Shown piece by piece: positions 28,816-43,916 of a DNA stretch of 64,000 nt. The stretch lies in NCBI RefSeq assembly GCF_009914755.1, contig NC_060929.1; one strand, 5' to 3'. Under the pieces are notes generated by a model. The model had not been told where the DNA came from, did no database searches, and saw only the letters and a list, made by a program, of their open reading frames with translations. Position numbers and translations under genes: made by a program. Each line of letters opens with the position of its first letter. Positions within the stretch are counted from its first letter, which is position 1. The stretch is from the human T2T-CHM13v2.0 reference genome, Homo sapiens.

Positions 28816-31800
28816 CTATAAAATAACAAATATTTCATTTATCACACGTTCTGTTTTAAAAATCTGTGGAGTAGTCCTTAATATTCCAAAACAAACTTTT
28901 TTTTCCTCTGCTTAGTGGTACCAACAAATTAAACTTCTGTATGGTTATATAAAATGTTTTCCTGAATCAACATTTGTCTCAATTAGCATATAGTATTTCT
29001 TACCCACTATGCAAACTCTTAAACTATTTTGTGTTTAAAAATTATAAATGTCAGAACAAAATTTAAAGGTATGTAATTATTCTACAATCGGACAACTTCT
29101 TGCTAACATAAAAACGTAAAGTGGCTCTTTGGTAGAAAGTCCACAAATATTCTTGAAAATAACTTTTAAACAGGTTTACTTAAGAAAAAGAAATAACATA
29201 TGCATAGCTCAGATATTTTTGATGGGCTTGTGATAGGTCAGCCTTTTCTGATATAGTTTGTGACAGGCATTGTACTAGATATTTTATGTTTCTATACTGG
29301 GTTGTATCAAACTTCTTTGCCAAAGATATTCATTAAAATCTATAAATGACATTCCCAGGCTCTTTCTTTTTAGAGTTGAAAGGACTCACTCACTTGATCT
29401 ACTGTTTTGTTGAGAAAATAAATATTTCAAAAACATATCTGCATATAACTAGGGCTTCCCCCAGCAGAGATTTGCTTATTCGGTCTACTGTACTTACAAA
29501 ATGTATATATCCATGAACTAGAATACAGTGCCCCTAAGCCTGAACTGTTCACAGTTTGGTTAGATATTCAGAAAAAATTTGTAAATCTTTTAAAAAGAAA
29601 ACAGTATTAAGTGCATTACAAACAACTAAAGGCCAACAAAGAGTAGGGCGTTAAATATAATTGAGTCAAAGTTTATCTTTCTAATCTATACTATTTTTTA
29701 CATTAAATTTTCTCAATCACAGACCAAAACTAAAGTTTCTACTAAAATGTTTTTGTTTATTTAATCATTCATTCATTCAATAGGTATGTATAGAATTTTA
29801 AATATATATTAGATTCTGTGCCAAGCAATGGAAATAACAGCCAAGATAGATATAGTCCTGCCTTCAAATAACTTATAATTTACCAAAAGTCTATAGCTTA
29901 TTGCTAATGTGCTAATAAATATTTTTGAAGTATTCCTCTAGCCACGAGACGGTACCACTAAAGCAAAATATATTTTATCACTATTTAAAGTTTACACAGT
30001 GTTAGAGCTCCTACAACAGTGCACATACATGAACAAAAGCATTACGTAAAATTATACATAGGTAACATTTTAAAATAATTTAAATTTCACTTGTTTTTTC
30101 CCTTGTCCTGATACTCAGAAACTTCAAGGACCACATAATAATATACATTATTAATACACTTAAAAAGGCACTAATTTTATTCTTCAAAGTAATTATTTTT
30201 ATCACTGAACACTCCACATCATCTAGTTGTTTTAATTTTCATTCCTTATTTAAAAATGAACGAAACAGTATTTGTCCCTCTCTCCATTTCTCAAATGAGT
30301 AAACAATGTCTAAGATGGTGAAAAAAATAGAAGAAACATTAGTTTTGAAGCTAAAATTTAAAAGTTGCAAGTAAATGAAAACAAGTGCAGAATGAAAATG
30401 CTGTCTCAACTAGAATATCATTCCTGTGAAGAAAGAACATATAACAAAAAGAGCATACCATCATGTGACTTATCAAAATGCTATGCTGAGCACAATGGGT
30501 GTAGCTTCCTATAAGCTACAATGGTGCATGACTGTCTTTATGGAACTGTAACCTCCCCACCTGAAAAATTAGAAACCTATCAAATCAAGATAAAGTTAAA
30601 GCTGAAGGCAAGTCTATACCTTAATTTCTACTTCACAGCCAAGAGTGTGTAACAATATCTATTAAATACATATCAGGTCACATATAACACAGAACAGAGC
30701 TGCATGTGAAATTGGCATAATCTCTTATTAGAAGCCTAGAACAGAGAGAAAAAAGGCTTTCAAAAGGACAGAATTTCATTGACTTTCTGAGAACAGCAAA
30801 TAACCAGTGACTGAAATATAACATTAGCAATAGATAATGGTCATTTCTACTGAATTGGAAAACCCTTGCATTCTGAATCAACGCTATAAAATGCTTCATG
30901 ATGTGTTTGGTATTCCTCTTATATTTCATTTTTCATTTTAAAAAATCCATAGTAAGTTCAAAACATTTTCATACTTAAAGGATCTACTATAAAAATAAAA
31001 TTCTGAATTCTAAACGAAGAAGTTAAGAGCTCTATTCCATCAAACATTTCTCCATTTGCAATTCATCTTGGTAATAGAGACAGAACCTGGGTAAATGCAT
31101 ATAGGACTTGAGGCAGGAGATTTTTCTTGCTCAATGCATAATTCATGTGCTCCGCCTGCAAAGTGTGTAAAATGAGAATTTCACACCGCAGCATGAGCCA
31201 TGGAGCTGCAGAGAAAAGGCAGATGAAATCATATTTTACTGTGCGATTTTATTTCTTACCCTCCCAATATTTATACAAAACCATCATCGACAAACCAAAC
31301 ACATTGACAGATCACCCACTGTTTCCATTGTGTTAGTACTTGAGAAGAGATCAGGCAGAAAGATAGACAATTTGTTTTTGTATATTTTTTTAAATAGAGG
31401 ATTAGGCTTTTAACAGCTGAGTGACTGTATTAGACTTTTATAAGGACAACAGTAACTGATCTTAGAATCTCACCACAAAAAATACCTAGTTATCAATTCA
31501 TCATCCTCAAATCTCCATTTTGTTTCTATGGTATTCAATTATACACCTCAACACATCAACATTTTCAAAATGCAATACAAAGTCACAGGGTCAAAAAAAC
31601 TGATTTCTATTTAATGTATTTCACTTCAAATAATAAATAAAAGATCCTGGAAATACTTATTAACCTCCAAATAATACAAACAAAAATATGTTACAATACA
31701 CCTGAAAAGATTTGTTAATGTATTATGCATGTTCATTTTCATGCTGATTAAAAAAAAGGCAAATAGCAAAAAAGATCTGACATGACAAGCATCAAATATG

Positions 31801-33965
31801 CATTCTAAGAGGAAACCATTGTAAAGAGGTTTGAAATTTGAAACTATAAAATAGGATAAGCAGTATGTAAAGTCTGTCAAAGCCATACTGTGCTTTGAAA
31901 TCAACAAGAAGTCAAAGCTAATTTCTAGCCTCACAGGACAAGATATTTGCATGAAATATTTTCAATTAGAATTATCAACCAAAGATAATTTAATGACTTT
32001 TTTCCTTCAAGTTAACTGACAAATATGATTTTAAAAATCTGAGGCTAACACTTAAACTTGTGCTTTAAAACAAAAGTACACTGCTAGTAAATTGAGACTT
32101 CTTTATAAGTTAAAAAGAAGTCTAACCCACTAAAACAGATCTTTTCCTATTAGAGTACGCCTACTTCAATAAGAAAGCCTGCTTAATGGCATTCACTTCC
32201 TTTCAAAGGTCTCAACTGCAATTGAATAATATTTTTATTTTAGAGAACTTAAAATATAAATGAAATCAGGAAAGACATAAACTGAGAGGCAAGGCTTTGC
32301 ATTATAACAGTAAAACCCAATATTCTTCAATATTTATAAAAGTTATATAATTGCAACATACAAAAATAGTTGTAAAAACATAACTAAAACTTGCTTACTT
32401 TTCAAATAGAACATAAAACCAATCAAAAAATTGTTCCTTTCACTCTTATCCATGATTTATTTCACACCACATGCCAAATTTACTTTATCCCCAAGAATCT
32501 TTCAAATAAAAGATCTTTATTGCCAAAATCTTTTATTAAGGCAAATCTTAACATTTACTGACATTCAGACACCAGTCAAATCCTAGTGACTGATCGTTAG
32601 AGCACCTAAGAGATTCACTCAGTTTCTTTGCACCTCCCAAAAGGAATTAGCAAAGTTTTGAGACACAAATATAACCTGAGATAAAAACAACTGACAAGAG
32701 CAACTCAAACACTGCTACGTATATACAGTTGGTACTATTTTCTTCATAGCTAGTATGTACCTTAATCTTAGTTTTAATTCAAATACTGAAATGCTTTTAA
32801 TATTAAGTATTATTAAGTGCAAGTACATTAAATACTTAATATTTATTTCACATTGGTAGATTATTATGCTTTATATAGTTTATGTAATTAAAATGTTCAT
32901 ATAAGGAAAATACATAAAATTTACTCACAATAAATTACAATCATAATTTAAAGTTTTTATCATTTTAATCATAGAGTATCTAAATCTTCAGCCATTAGTA
33001 CACAGACACTACAGATATAACTAGAATATTGCATCATGAATAAGGTGCGAATAGTGGACTAACAACGTAGCTGAAATAACTATGGTGTGGAGGAGCACTC
33101 TAATATACTGGGTAGTTGTAAGAACACTGAAGCCTAGGTTTCATGAAGGATAAAAATCCTGGAAACTTTAAAAGCATTATTTTAAATAAATTTTTTCACC
33201 ATCTGTTCACATAATTTTAACTACAAGCAGAATATAACTTAATTATATTGGTCAAAAACAGGATAAAGTGATATAAATGTGAATCTCTTCCTGACACAAT
33301 GTGGTCTACATCACTGAATTTTCTCTCCACTGTTTCATATAAAAAAAAATTTCCCCTTTACATTGTGTAAAGTATGTGAAATCACTTAAAATAAGGAATT
33401 ACTAAAAGTAATTTTGTTATAGGTGTTATTTGGAACAAAAGAATTACTTCATTGAAAGGACTATACTAAAAATATTTCTCAATTAAATATATCTCAGAAA
33501 ATAACACCTACACATAAAATACGCTTATCAATCAACATAATTATAACTAAAACAAGGAAATTTTCTATGGTCATTACTAACAACATCTGACCTCAAATGA
33601 GGACATATTCCAATCAATAACACAAACAAACAAACATGGCACCTGAATGTGTGACTATAGTTTTGTGCCTCGTGAATATGCTGGGGCATTTTAAGAACAT
33701 AAATAATCCACCTGTGGTTCTCACCCTTTTGACTATCCCATTCACATGAGTGATACCCCATCATCAGTAACATTTTTCATTCCCTGCAGCCATTCCCAAC
33801 TAGGAGAAGTGGAGGGTCACAGTGATATGAGGCCACTTTCTCCCTAGCTTTTATTTTGTGTAGTAAATGATGCAAAAAGAAAGAACAAAGGCATAGAAAT
33901 AGGAAAGAATACAGAGTGTTAATAGAACCACAAATATTCCACTGGGATTAGAATTTAGTGTGTGT

Positions 33966-34277
33966 GGCTGGGCACGGTTGCCCATGCCTGTAATCCCAGC
34001 ACTTTGGGAGGCTGAGGTGGGTGGATCGCTTGAGCCCAGGAGGTCGAGACCAGCCTGGGCAACATGGAGAAACCCCTCTCTATTAAAAATACAAAAAATT
34101 AGCCAAGCATGGTAGTGCATGCCTATAGTCCCAGCTACCCAGGAGGCTGAGGTGGGAGGATCACCTGAGACTTGGAGGTCGAAGCTGCAGAGAGCTGGGA
34201 TCATGCCACTGCATTCCAGCTTGGGTGACAGAGCAAGACTCTGTCTCAAAAAAAAGAAAGAAAGAAAGAAAGAAAGA
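33966..34277 (+). mobile_element. AluJ with (GAAA)n tail
   Basis: ggatcgcttgagcccaggagg; full dimer. Confidence 0.9.
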
Positions 34278-37200
34278 ACACAAGGTGGGTAGGGTTAAGA
34301 CAAGGTAGGTTTGGGCAAGCTAGCCTGAGTTTACTGAACTCAAATGGCAGTGGGCCATCAGGACAGGTGAATTTAATATCCATCTGGCAGTTGTATAGAA
34401 GGACTTGGGGTTGGGAAAGCATTGGTCAGAGGATGACCAATGGCAATGGTCTATGCAGGTAATGAAGAGCTAATCTAGAATAGTGGCAGTAGGGAAAGAA
34501 GAAACAGACATGAGAAATAACGCACAGAACATATAGGAGTTGGTAACTATCTAAACATACAGAATGACAGAGTAGTCAGAGATAATTCTGGGGCTTCAGA
34601 TCTGGGAGAATGAAAAGAATGCTGGTGACAAATGGTAGAGCATGTCTTTTGATTGTATTAGGTTTGGAAAACCAGTAGCCTCAGAGAGGTCTAAAAATTT
34701 GGTATGAATTTGGGAAGAAAAGCTGAAACTTAATGTAAAGACTGAAAGATGTTACCATGGAAGTAATTAATATAAATGTTTTAGCTGAAGCTATAGGAGT
34801 GAATGAGGTCTCACAACAGGAAAAATTTAGAGGGAAAAAAGAAGATTAAAGAAAAATTCATTCACATCAATTAATATCTCAAAAGACTAATGTGTACTAA
34901 GTACTAATTTGGGGTCAACATTCACACTTGGGTGTCAGAGGCGTGTAAAAAGTGAAGCAACCAAAAGAATGAAAGGTCAAAAAAGTAAGAACAAAAGGGA
35001 TGCAGAGACTTTTAAGTAGTAGGGGAATAGTCATAAAAAAAGATCAAGATTAAGAGAAGGCTACTGGGTTTGGGGAAGGATCATAGCTGCCTTTTCAGAG
35101 AGCAGTATGTGTAGGATAGAGTTGGAAATAACTGGGTTAAGAAGTACAAGATGGAGGATATGTAGAATATTTTTCTAAACTCACTCTCACTCATGTACAC
35201 ACACTCTGTTTTTTTCACTCCATGCTCCCTCTCTCTCTCTTTAAATGCTGAAAAAACCTGAATGCCACAGTTGGCAGAAAAGGAATGAATGGAGAAAGAG
35301 ATTAAAGGTGCAAAGGAGACAGATGATTATTAACAAAACAAGACCAAAAGGAAGTAGGAGTTACCCTTGGGGAAGTGGATGCGAGTCTTACACAGAGCTG
35401 CGTTCAAAGGAAAAGTAGGGTAAATGGAGATTGTGAGTTAGAGAGCAGAAACACTGACCGTGGATGGCAGCTGTCTTCTAAGGAAAGTGGCTAAGCTCAG
35501 AGGCTGTAGGTAAGGGAACAGAATTAAATGTTGCCTTACAACTTGAATAGTGTAAAAAGAGTGAAAAAAAAAGAGCAGGATACTTAAGAGTTACCAAAAA
35601 ATTTAGGTTACTTTTAGCATTTGATGTTCTCCAATACTGTTGATCTTTTATGGAATTTTTAAAAATGTTAAAACTGTTGTTTTATAGTTACATAGTGTGT
35701 TACATTGATCTTTCATATTTTATTTTTAACATAACACTTGAAAGAAGTAAGGTAGGTACTAGCATGTCTGCTTTACAGATGAGGAAACTGAAACAAAGAT
35801 ATTCTCTCCCAACAAGTAGAACACTATGCTTATCTCATAGGACTACCATAAAAATTAACTGTTTTGAAAGCCATATATTCAAGGTAACTCCTAGGTCGCA
35901 TTTTCATGCTCAGTGCCCTCAAAACACATTGTCTGGATGAAAAAAAAGAAAAGAAAGAGTAAAAATATAGATTTAGTTAGGCTGCAGATATAAGGCATAT
36001 GAATTTTCAGCACTAACATATTGTCATGCTAAATTAAAGTAAAGTACCCACCATCTGCCTTCATTACTCATAATTTAGGGCAGAAGCCACAACACTTGGT
36101 GCAAGGAGGACTTTTCCACAATTATAGTCACCTATTATTAGAAAATAGGTATATTCTGTAATTGCATGGTATACACCAAATCATTCAGAAAGAAACAGAA
36201 ATAAATAAGTAGTTATGGTAGCTCCAAGGTGGAGAGTACTTATTCCAGTTGCTAAACTAAAGCAAAAAACTCCACAGTCCTGTATGCCTATTATAGATGG
36301 GAAAAGGCATTCTAATATAAAGAAAATAAGCCACCTAAGGGAAACACATGAACACAAAACTATCAACAATGTGAGCGAAACCCGAATTTCTCAAAGGCCT
36401 TGGTTCACTGCAATAGTTTGAGGTTTTTTATACTGACGTTCTATAGGAAAATATTTTTAACTATCAAGAGATTTAATCTGATCACTGAAAGTCTTTGACA
36501 AAGAAGAAACAAACAGAATCACTGACCTGGAGTGCCCCTGTGGTTTTTATCTTCTTTTGTTTTTTTCAGGGGGAGGAAGGGGTACAACACAACATGATGT
36601 TCAACCACTGTGGCTTTTTAATGGGATCCTAAAGCTCTGCTTCTAATACTACAGAGGCACTGAAGTCTATAATTTTTCAACTGTTACAAAATTTCCTAAG
36701 AATAACTTCTACCACTTGACACTCACTGATTTCTTGTTCTGTCATTTTTAAAAAATACTTCTTACTCTGGGTTGTATTTACTGTCGATTTGTAACTCTCT
36801 TTATTTTCAATAACATTTTAAACTTTCTGGTAATTTGATGTAAGTATGAAATGAGAGTACATCAGACTCACTAAGTGATAAGTTTTTATATGAGGCCAGA
36901 TTAATAAACCATAAAATCTCTTAAGATTTTATGTGAATTTTTTAAAAATAAAAATCTCAGGTTATTTTATATACAGACACAAGTTTTAAATATAAATTCA
37001 AGTTTAAGATAGGTTTTAATATATGCAAGAAAATGTGAAATAAGGCAAGACAAATACTAGCCAATTTTTAAAACATTCTTTAACAATAAATCTCTGGATG
37101 GGGGAGGGCAATTGTCTACTTCAATAAATTAATTTTCATCCTTGCCTACTCAGATAACATATTGAAGAGATTCCAGTTAACAGAACAAATAAACGAAAAC

Positions 37201-37996
37201 AATATTGGATTAAGAAGAAATTGAACTGAATCAAAGGCAGAGTTTGGCCATATTTTCAACAAACAGAATAACACAGTTGTATATAAAAATACTATACTTG
37301 AAGTCTAGCATGAACATGGTCCAGTTATAGGAAGGGGGTGATTATTAAAGACCAAAAAGATAATTATCGTTAGGTCTGAATTCTATATTTTTATTCTTTT
37401 AACTAGACTTGAAATCAGATAGAATACATTTTATATTAATAACTATATTTTTGCAATTTATACTTTATTTTTTTCCTGCTAAGCAGGCAAAATTCAGTGT
37501 TAAAAATGTTATTACCAAAAAGCATTATTATTTTATTATATAAGTGGTTCCATTTGTTTTTAAATAAATGGCTACGCAAATTCTTACTAACTAAAGAATG
37601 TATACTCTTTAATTGAAGCCTTAAAACACACTCTATTATGCAAAATGCCCAATATTTTTAAAAAGTGAATAGTCTCAATTTCTTATGATGTATGTACACT
37701 TATAATTCTTTGCTCAATACTATTTTTGTGACTTCCTTTCACTTCCCCTTCAGCAAAACCCCCCCCTTGTCACAACCTAGCCAAGAACAAAAAAGGTCAT
37801 ATGCGTAAGAGTTCCTTGATTTCAGTGGCAAGGGATGAGATTTTTTAAAGTTTCTAGCATTTCTGCAGAGTTGGGTTATAAGGGAAAGGCTTATCTAGAA
37901 AAAATAAAATCACAGGAGTAGATGAGGATGGTGTTGTCTATTTTAGTTGCTATAAGAATATTTACCTTCAATTACAACAAATGTATAATCTCTTAC

Positions 37997-38144
37997 CTTA
38001 GTGACTCTTCTGGATTCAGATTCACTTTCAGGTTCTGACTCTGATTCAGAATCGGAAGAACTGTCTTCTATTGAACTAGATTCGTCATTTGAAGAATCTG
38101 AAGTTTTAGATTTTTCATTTTCCTTCTCCCCATCTTCAGAATCA
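37997..38144 (-). CDS. AP3B1: AP3B1 coding exon (exon 20), 148 bp, phase 2 to 0; acidic hinge
   Basis: (S)DSEDGEKENEKSKTSDSSNDESSSIEDSSSDSESESEPESESESRRVTK; acceptor tatgtgtAG, donor AAG|GTAAGA. Confidence 0.96.
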
Positions 38145-38472
38145 CTACACATAATAGTAAATTTTGAAATATGAACTTTAACTCCTTTATATAAGCAGTT
38201 TATAAAAAAATTGTTTTTAAATTCCAGAATACATTAATGAGGTAATAAAAAAGGTATTACCCATAACCAAATAAATTAGAACCCATTCAAATTCAATTCT
38301 ATCCTGTCATACAAATTTCAAATGCAAAAAGTCATAAAATGACACTAAACAATATAATCAAAAGCAATGTAGAAAACATTAAATGTTTGATTTACCAAGA
38401 ATTAAGTACTACCAGTAACAACGTTAAAGATATTTAGGCTGATTTTTTAAAACGCTATCTCAAAATACTGTG

Positions 38473-38845
<373 letters not shown>

Positions 38846-39559
38846 TTTAGTAATATATTTAAATATTTATATATCTACTTCTGCTAAAATAGACTTGTAT
38901 TTTATACATTTTCTACCCAAGAAAATTACTTACACAAGTTCCCAAATGTGACCTTAAACACATTCTATGAGAAAATGTTAACCAGTTCAAAGGAAATTCT
39001 TCTAAAGTACTATCTTGCTAAAAATTTAAGCTAATCAAATATAAACTTTTAAAATATCAAATGATCATACCTAAGTGCTTAACACCATTCATTTGTTCAC
39101 CTGCTCAACAAATATTTATTAATTATTGACTACATGTTGGCATTATGCTAGGTGCTAAGGATAACGATGGTTAGTAAGACACAGAGGATCTCTGTGTGTC
39201 TACCCTACAGGGTCTACGGTCCACTGGAGGATACAGATAAGGTTGCAGTGATAATACAGTATAATAAGTAATAAGTAATAAATTATAGCGTGTCAGGAGA
39301 ACATGTGGAGAGACACCTAAAAAAACTTGATCCAATTAGGAATGCTTCCTGGAGAAAGAGACATATAAGCCAAGATATAGGAGTAAGGCTGGCAGATGGG
39401 CAGGGAAACAGTTCTCCAAGGAGAAGGAATAACATGTGAGATGACCAAACACCCTTCTCTCAGGGGATGACAAATGCCTTGTGGTGCTTTATATTTTCCT
39501 GGAAACTAAAGGTCTAGTTCTCTCTACCACATGTGTGTGTATTTTTTTAAGAATCTACT

Positions 39560-39775
39560 GTGGGCCAGAAAGGGCTAGGCACTTCATACCAATCATACTA
39601 ATTATCTAATTTAAATGCACTCTTCCTGGGTACATTATTATCCCATTTACAATAATGAAATTAATATTTAGAAAGGTTAAATAACCTGCTCAAGGGCACA
39701 TAACAAGAGGGGCAGAACTAGAATCTGAACTCAAGCCTGTCTCATTCCAAAGTCCGTATTTTTTCCACTATGTCA
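39560..39775 (-). mobile_element. MIR
   Basis: attatcccatttac...aaggttaaataacctgctcaagggcaca. Confidence 0.7.
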
Positions 39776-40759
39776 TACTATCTCCCTTCAAATGAAAATA
39801 CCTTGGAGTGTAAAATTTAAATTTGGTCATAAATATTTATGATTACTAAAGGGTGGTTTTTGAAGATGTTTAAAGCTTATTAGGAGCTTTAAAAAATTAT
39901 CATACTGGCAAAGTTAAAAAAAAATTCTGAGACAGAAAAATACAGGGGGAGGGAGAGGAGTGAGACAAGGAAAGAATCAATATTTCCTAGAATTGATTTT
40001 TGTGGAGGAAATATGATTGCTATTTATTAAAAATGGAGCCATGGTAACATCTCAGAGCACATGTAATTATATTTGAAGACTGAAAAATATGTTGTTGTTT
40101 TTCCCTGGCAAAAAAATGGCAATTTATTATCCCCAATTCACTGGTTAAAATGTGTACTTAAAAATATAAGGTTTAGAATGTATTTGTGGTTCTCTTTGTA
40201 ATAAACAATTCTTTTAAATTCAAACATGGGTAAAGAGAAAAATCCATTTCTGAAGAAAAGAATAATAAACCTAATACATGACTACAAATTTTGAGTATAC
40301 TGACTTTTGCCATCTGAAAGGACATTTCATGCACTGAACAAAACTTTCCCTTTCTAGAAACAGGACATGTTTTATAACTCGTATCATCATAGACATGCTG
40401 ATATTAAAGCAGAAGTACAGGATTTCTCTCAAAGACAAGGCTATTATAAACCAAGTAGCTCCTTTGCTGCAACAAGTGAATGATTCTAAATATATTCAAC
40501 TTCTAGCTTTTAAGATAAGATTTTAAAAGTAAAAGTGTTATTTTATTATGCATCACTCAATTTTGATGGTAATTATTGTTTACCTTACTGCTTAGAGTTT
40601 CAGATGTTAATCTAATGAAAAGAATTTACTGGTAACTAGGTTTTTAACTTTGCAATGATGAAAAGCCTGTATTAATTTAACCTACAGATTTCATTTGTTC
40701 TGAACAGGAAAAACAATATAAATCACTTTTAAAATCATTAAATCCTGACTTAAATTAAT

Positions 40760-41020
40760 AAAGTCATAATTAGGGCATTATGCTGTGTTTGTTATGGAAG
40801 TGGCAGGGAGAGCTGCTTTAATTACTGTCTGTAATAAAAGGAGCAGAGAGCGTACTGCGCCCCAATCAGTGCTGTCAGCCACGACTGAGCCGGGCTGCAA
40901 GCTCATCAAGTGAGCGGGCAGCAGGCTCCCGGGGAAAGGACCATCATGTCGGCAGAGGCCACTCGCTGACAGCAGCGGGGAAAACAGAGTTGCACAATCC
41001 AAGATATTAGACCCAATTAC
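40760..41020. promoter_or_regulatory. Candidate intronic enhancer / conserved non-coding element
   Basis: Non-repeat GC/CpG-rich patch in an AT-rich intron with TAATTA x2, CCAATCA, TCAAGTG and inverted TGACAG motifs; conservation not tested. Confidence 0.5.
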
Positions 41021-41542
41021 TCAAAATTTTAATGACACTTTAATACATGATAATGTTATTGATAATGGGAGATCTTAAAAAGTGCTAACACTTAAAGATC
41101 TTATGACCGTCTTCCTTCACAGCCCTTGACTCTAATATTTGGATCATAATCTTTTTAATATAACATTATTTAGAAAAATCAATTGTCTTGGTTACATAAT
41201 GGCAAAGTGTTGAAGGATTTAATTTTAGCCCTCAGCAAAATCGCTACAAAAGGTAATTAAGTGTTTCATACCTATTGCTTGATCACTTAACTCAGCCTTC
41301 CAAGGTTATACCAATTTTCAAAATGTAACCCCAAGATATGTTCAAGTTCAAAATGAAAGCTAAGCATTACAAGTAGGAAAATAATGTGAACAACTAGCAC
41401 TTTAATTTTAAAAAGATTTAATATCTGGAAAAAAATACACACTTTTTTTCTCTCACCATTTTTTGATTAATAAGAAACATCTCTGCCTGGGGCAAACTTT
41501 CACAGAATATTTTTTGAAGGAAATTCTGACAAAATAAGTTAC

Positions 41543-41714
41543 CTTTTTCCTTTGGCTTTTGAGTTCCTCTTGGCTGTTCTTTTGTTTTCTAGGCCTGACT
41601 CCCGTCCACTCTCACTGTCCTGCTCACTGGAGGAGTCCTCACTGCTGTCCTCATTGCTGTCTCCTTCCTCCCCACTTTCGCCTTGTTCTCCACTTTCACT
41701 TCCAGATTCACTCT
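41543..41714 (-). CDS. AP3B1: AP3B1 coding exon (exon 19), 172 bp, phase 1 to 2; acidic hinge
   Basis: (E)SESGSESGEQGESGEEGDSNEDSSEDSSSEQDSESGRESGLENKRTAKRNSKAKGK; acceptor gtttttcAG, donor AG|GTAACT; absent from ORF track, read manually. Confidence 0.96.
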
Positions 41715-42629
41715 CTGAAAAACAGAACCAGATGTTCTTAGATTTATAGTCATTTAATTAGACACACGGACACCTGTAACTGTCAATATTCATCACAAAT
41801 GAAACCAGATGTTGAATTTTAGTTCAGTGGACACCACTTGTTTAACATTTTATTCCCACACCCCATTCTTTCAGCTCTATGGATTCCTTTAGCACTGTGA
41901 GCTTGGAGGGAGGCAGACAGAGGATGCTCTGACAACGAGGAGAGAAAAGCTAAGCAAAGGTGAACCAAGTAAACCAAATTTGAGGGAATCTCACTTCAAA
42001 CCCCAAAGTATATAGCTATGTCAAAAACTTTCTTTTAAAGAATTACGTAAGGATTGATGTAAGGCTAAAGAAATAATTTTGAATTCTTCTGCTTGTAATG
42101 GGAAATTCTATTTAGAGTAAAAGAAGGCAACAGTTGAATCTTCTTAGGAACAAATTTTGAGAGGAAAATGAGCCATTCAAATCACTTGGAAAGACCTCCA
42201 AATTCAAAGACAATAGGCAAAATGACTAATTAAAGAGTTATTACTTATTCGAGCTAGTAAACGAGTTTTCCATAGGTCAAAGAGATGATCAAGTTACACT
42301 GAGGAATTATACTTTTAAATGTTTTATGTGTAAATTATGGTATGCTAGGACTGTTCGCAGAAGAGAATACATGAAGAATATATGTGTATTTTTTAAGTGA
42401 AGCATAATTTTTACTATTTAAAATGACTATAACTACAGAGTTGTGTCCCAGACAAAAGGACAAACTGTTGCCCTGCCTGTGATCTATGTAACGAAGCCCT
42501 CTTAGGCAGGAACATAACCTTTAATTAAACATTCTAATGGTTAAATAATACCAACATCAGGAAGGTCCATCACAGTGAAAACCTAGGACTGCCTGTATTG
42601 TTTTAAGACGGCTTACAAGGGGTACAAGC

Positions 42630-42860
42630 ATGGGTTCTCAAGTTAGTGTTCGGATTCAGATCCTGGCTCTTCTACTTGCCAGTTGTAAAACTGAACAAGT
42701 TATTCAACTTCTCTGGGTTTTGGTTTCCTTTTCAGCAAATGGGGATAACACTAGTTACTTTTCAGAGCTGTTGTGAAGATTAAATGATTTGAAACATACA
42801 AAGGAGATTAGAACACAACAGGGTCTGCCACAGGGTAAGGCACTCATCATTATCATCATT
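42630..42860 (+). mobile_element. MIR
   Basis: gattcagatcctggctct...caagttattcaacttctctggg...aaatggggataac...ttgtgaagattaaatga. Confidence 0.72.
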
Positions 42861-43916
42861 TACAAACAGGAAAGTTTATTTTACTAAAATAAAGCTACTA
42901 AATAAGGACATTTTAGATTTGTGGTAATATCCAAGTTACACGCACATACATATTAAGTCAGATAACTGGCTTATGCTATAAACAATGAAAGAAATTACAG
43001 GTAATGTATCACAGATTAATTTATCAGATACTAAAAACAAAGATTTTTGATAAGGAAGACAGAGAAAAGAAGAGTGAATTACCTTACAGTAGGGTAGCAG
43101 ATAACCATGTAAGAGTGACAGGCCCTGGTTCTCCAAGGAATAAAGATTTTAGAGAAAGTTGGGTGTCGTTTGGTCTTGGGTCAGATTTGCCTATTAGCTT
43201 AAGTGTTAATAAGAGCATCAGAAAGTGACTACAATCTATTTTTCATTATGCAAATCACTCACAGAATTTTAGCAATGAAGGGACTTTAAGAAATATTTAA
43301 CTGTACCCCTTCATTTATCTGATATAGAGAAAAGTAGGTGCCTTATTCAATTTGCATAGGTAAAAGCCAGGGCCTCTAAATCCTTCCTATTAAGCATTCT
43401 TTTCACTGCATATAGTTACCCTCAACCTTTAGTTTGATTTTTTTATAGTATATAGAGACTTAATAATTTTAGCTTTATCTCTATAGAGGTTCACAGAAAG
43501 AGATAAGTATAAAATGAAAGAGAAAAAGACTCTTCAAGGTATAAAATAAACTTTACGTTTTTGTAAAAGAAAGTTACTTTTAAAGACCCCACTAAAAGTT
43601 CATCAAGTGTAAAATTATGTTTTTCAATAGATATATTAGGCATTGTGGTTTAGAATTCAGAAAAGTATGAGTTCCTGTTTCAGCTATACCAATGTATCAG
43701 CTACTATCCAAGAGATATTGTAAAGTAAAAAGAGAATTTAGTAATTAAAAATTACTTTGAAAACTAAAGAGTGATATATAAATGAAAGGGATTATTTTGA
43801 TAATACAAACTTCACTTAAAACTACCTGCTGAATATTATGGATTAGGCCTTGTTTCTGAGATATAGAATGTAATCTACTATGTAAATAATATATGCCAAT
43901 AAATTATAAAACCCAC

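Noticed and set aside
40778-41002. 74-aa minus-strand ORF in the GC patch as a hidden exon
   Set aside because: No ATG start, no convincing donor site, no recognisable protein similarity; treated as non-coding
41552-41749. Plus-strand Ser/Leu-rich ORFs
   Set aside because: Antisense shadows of the low-complexity AP3B1 exon 19
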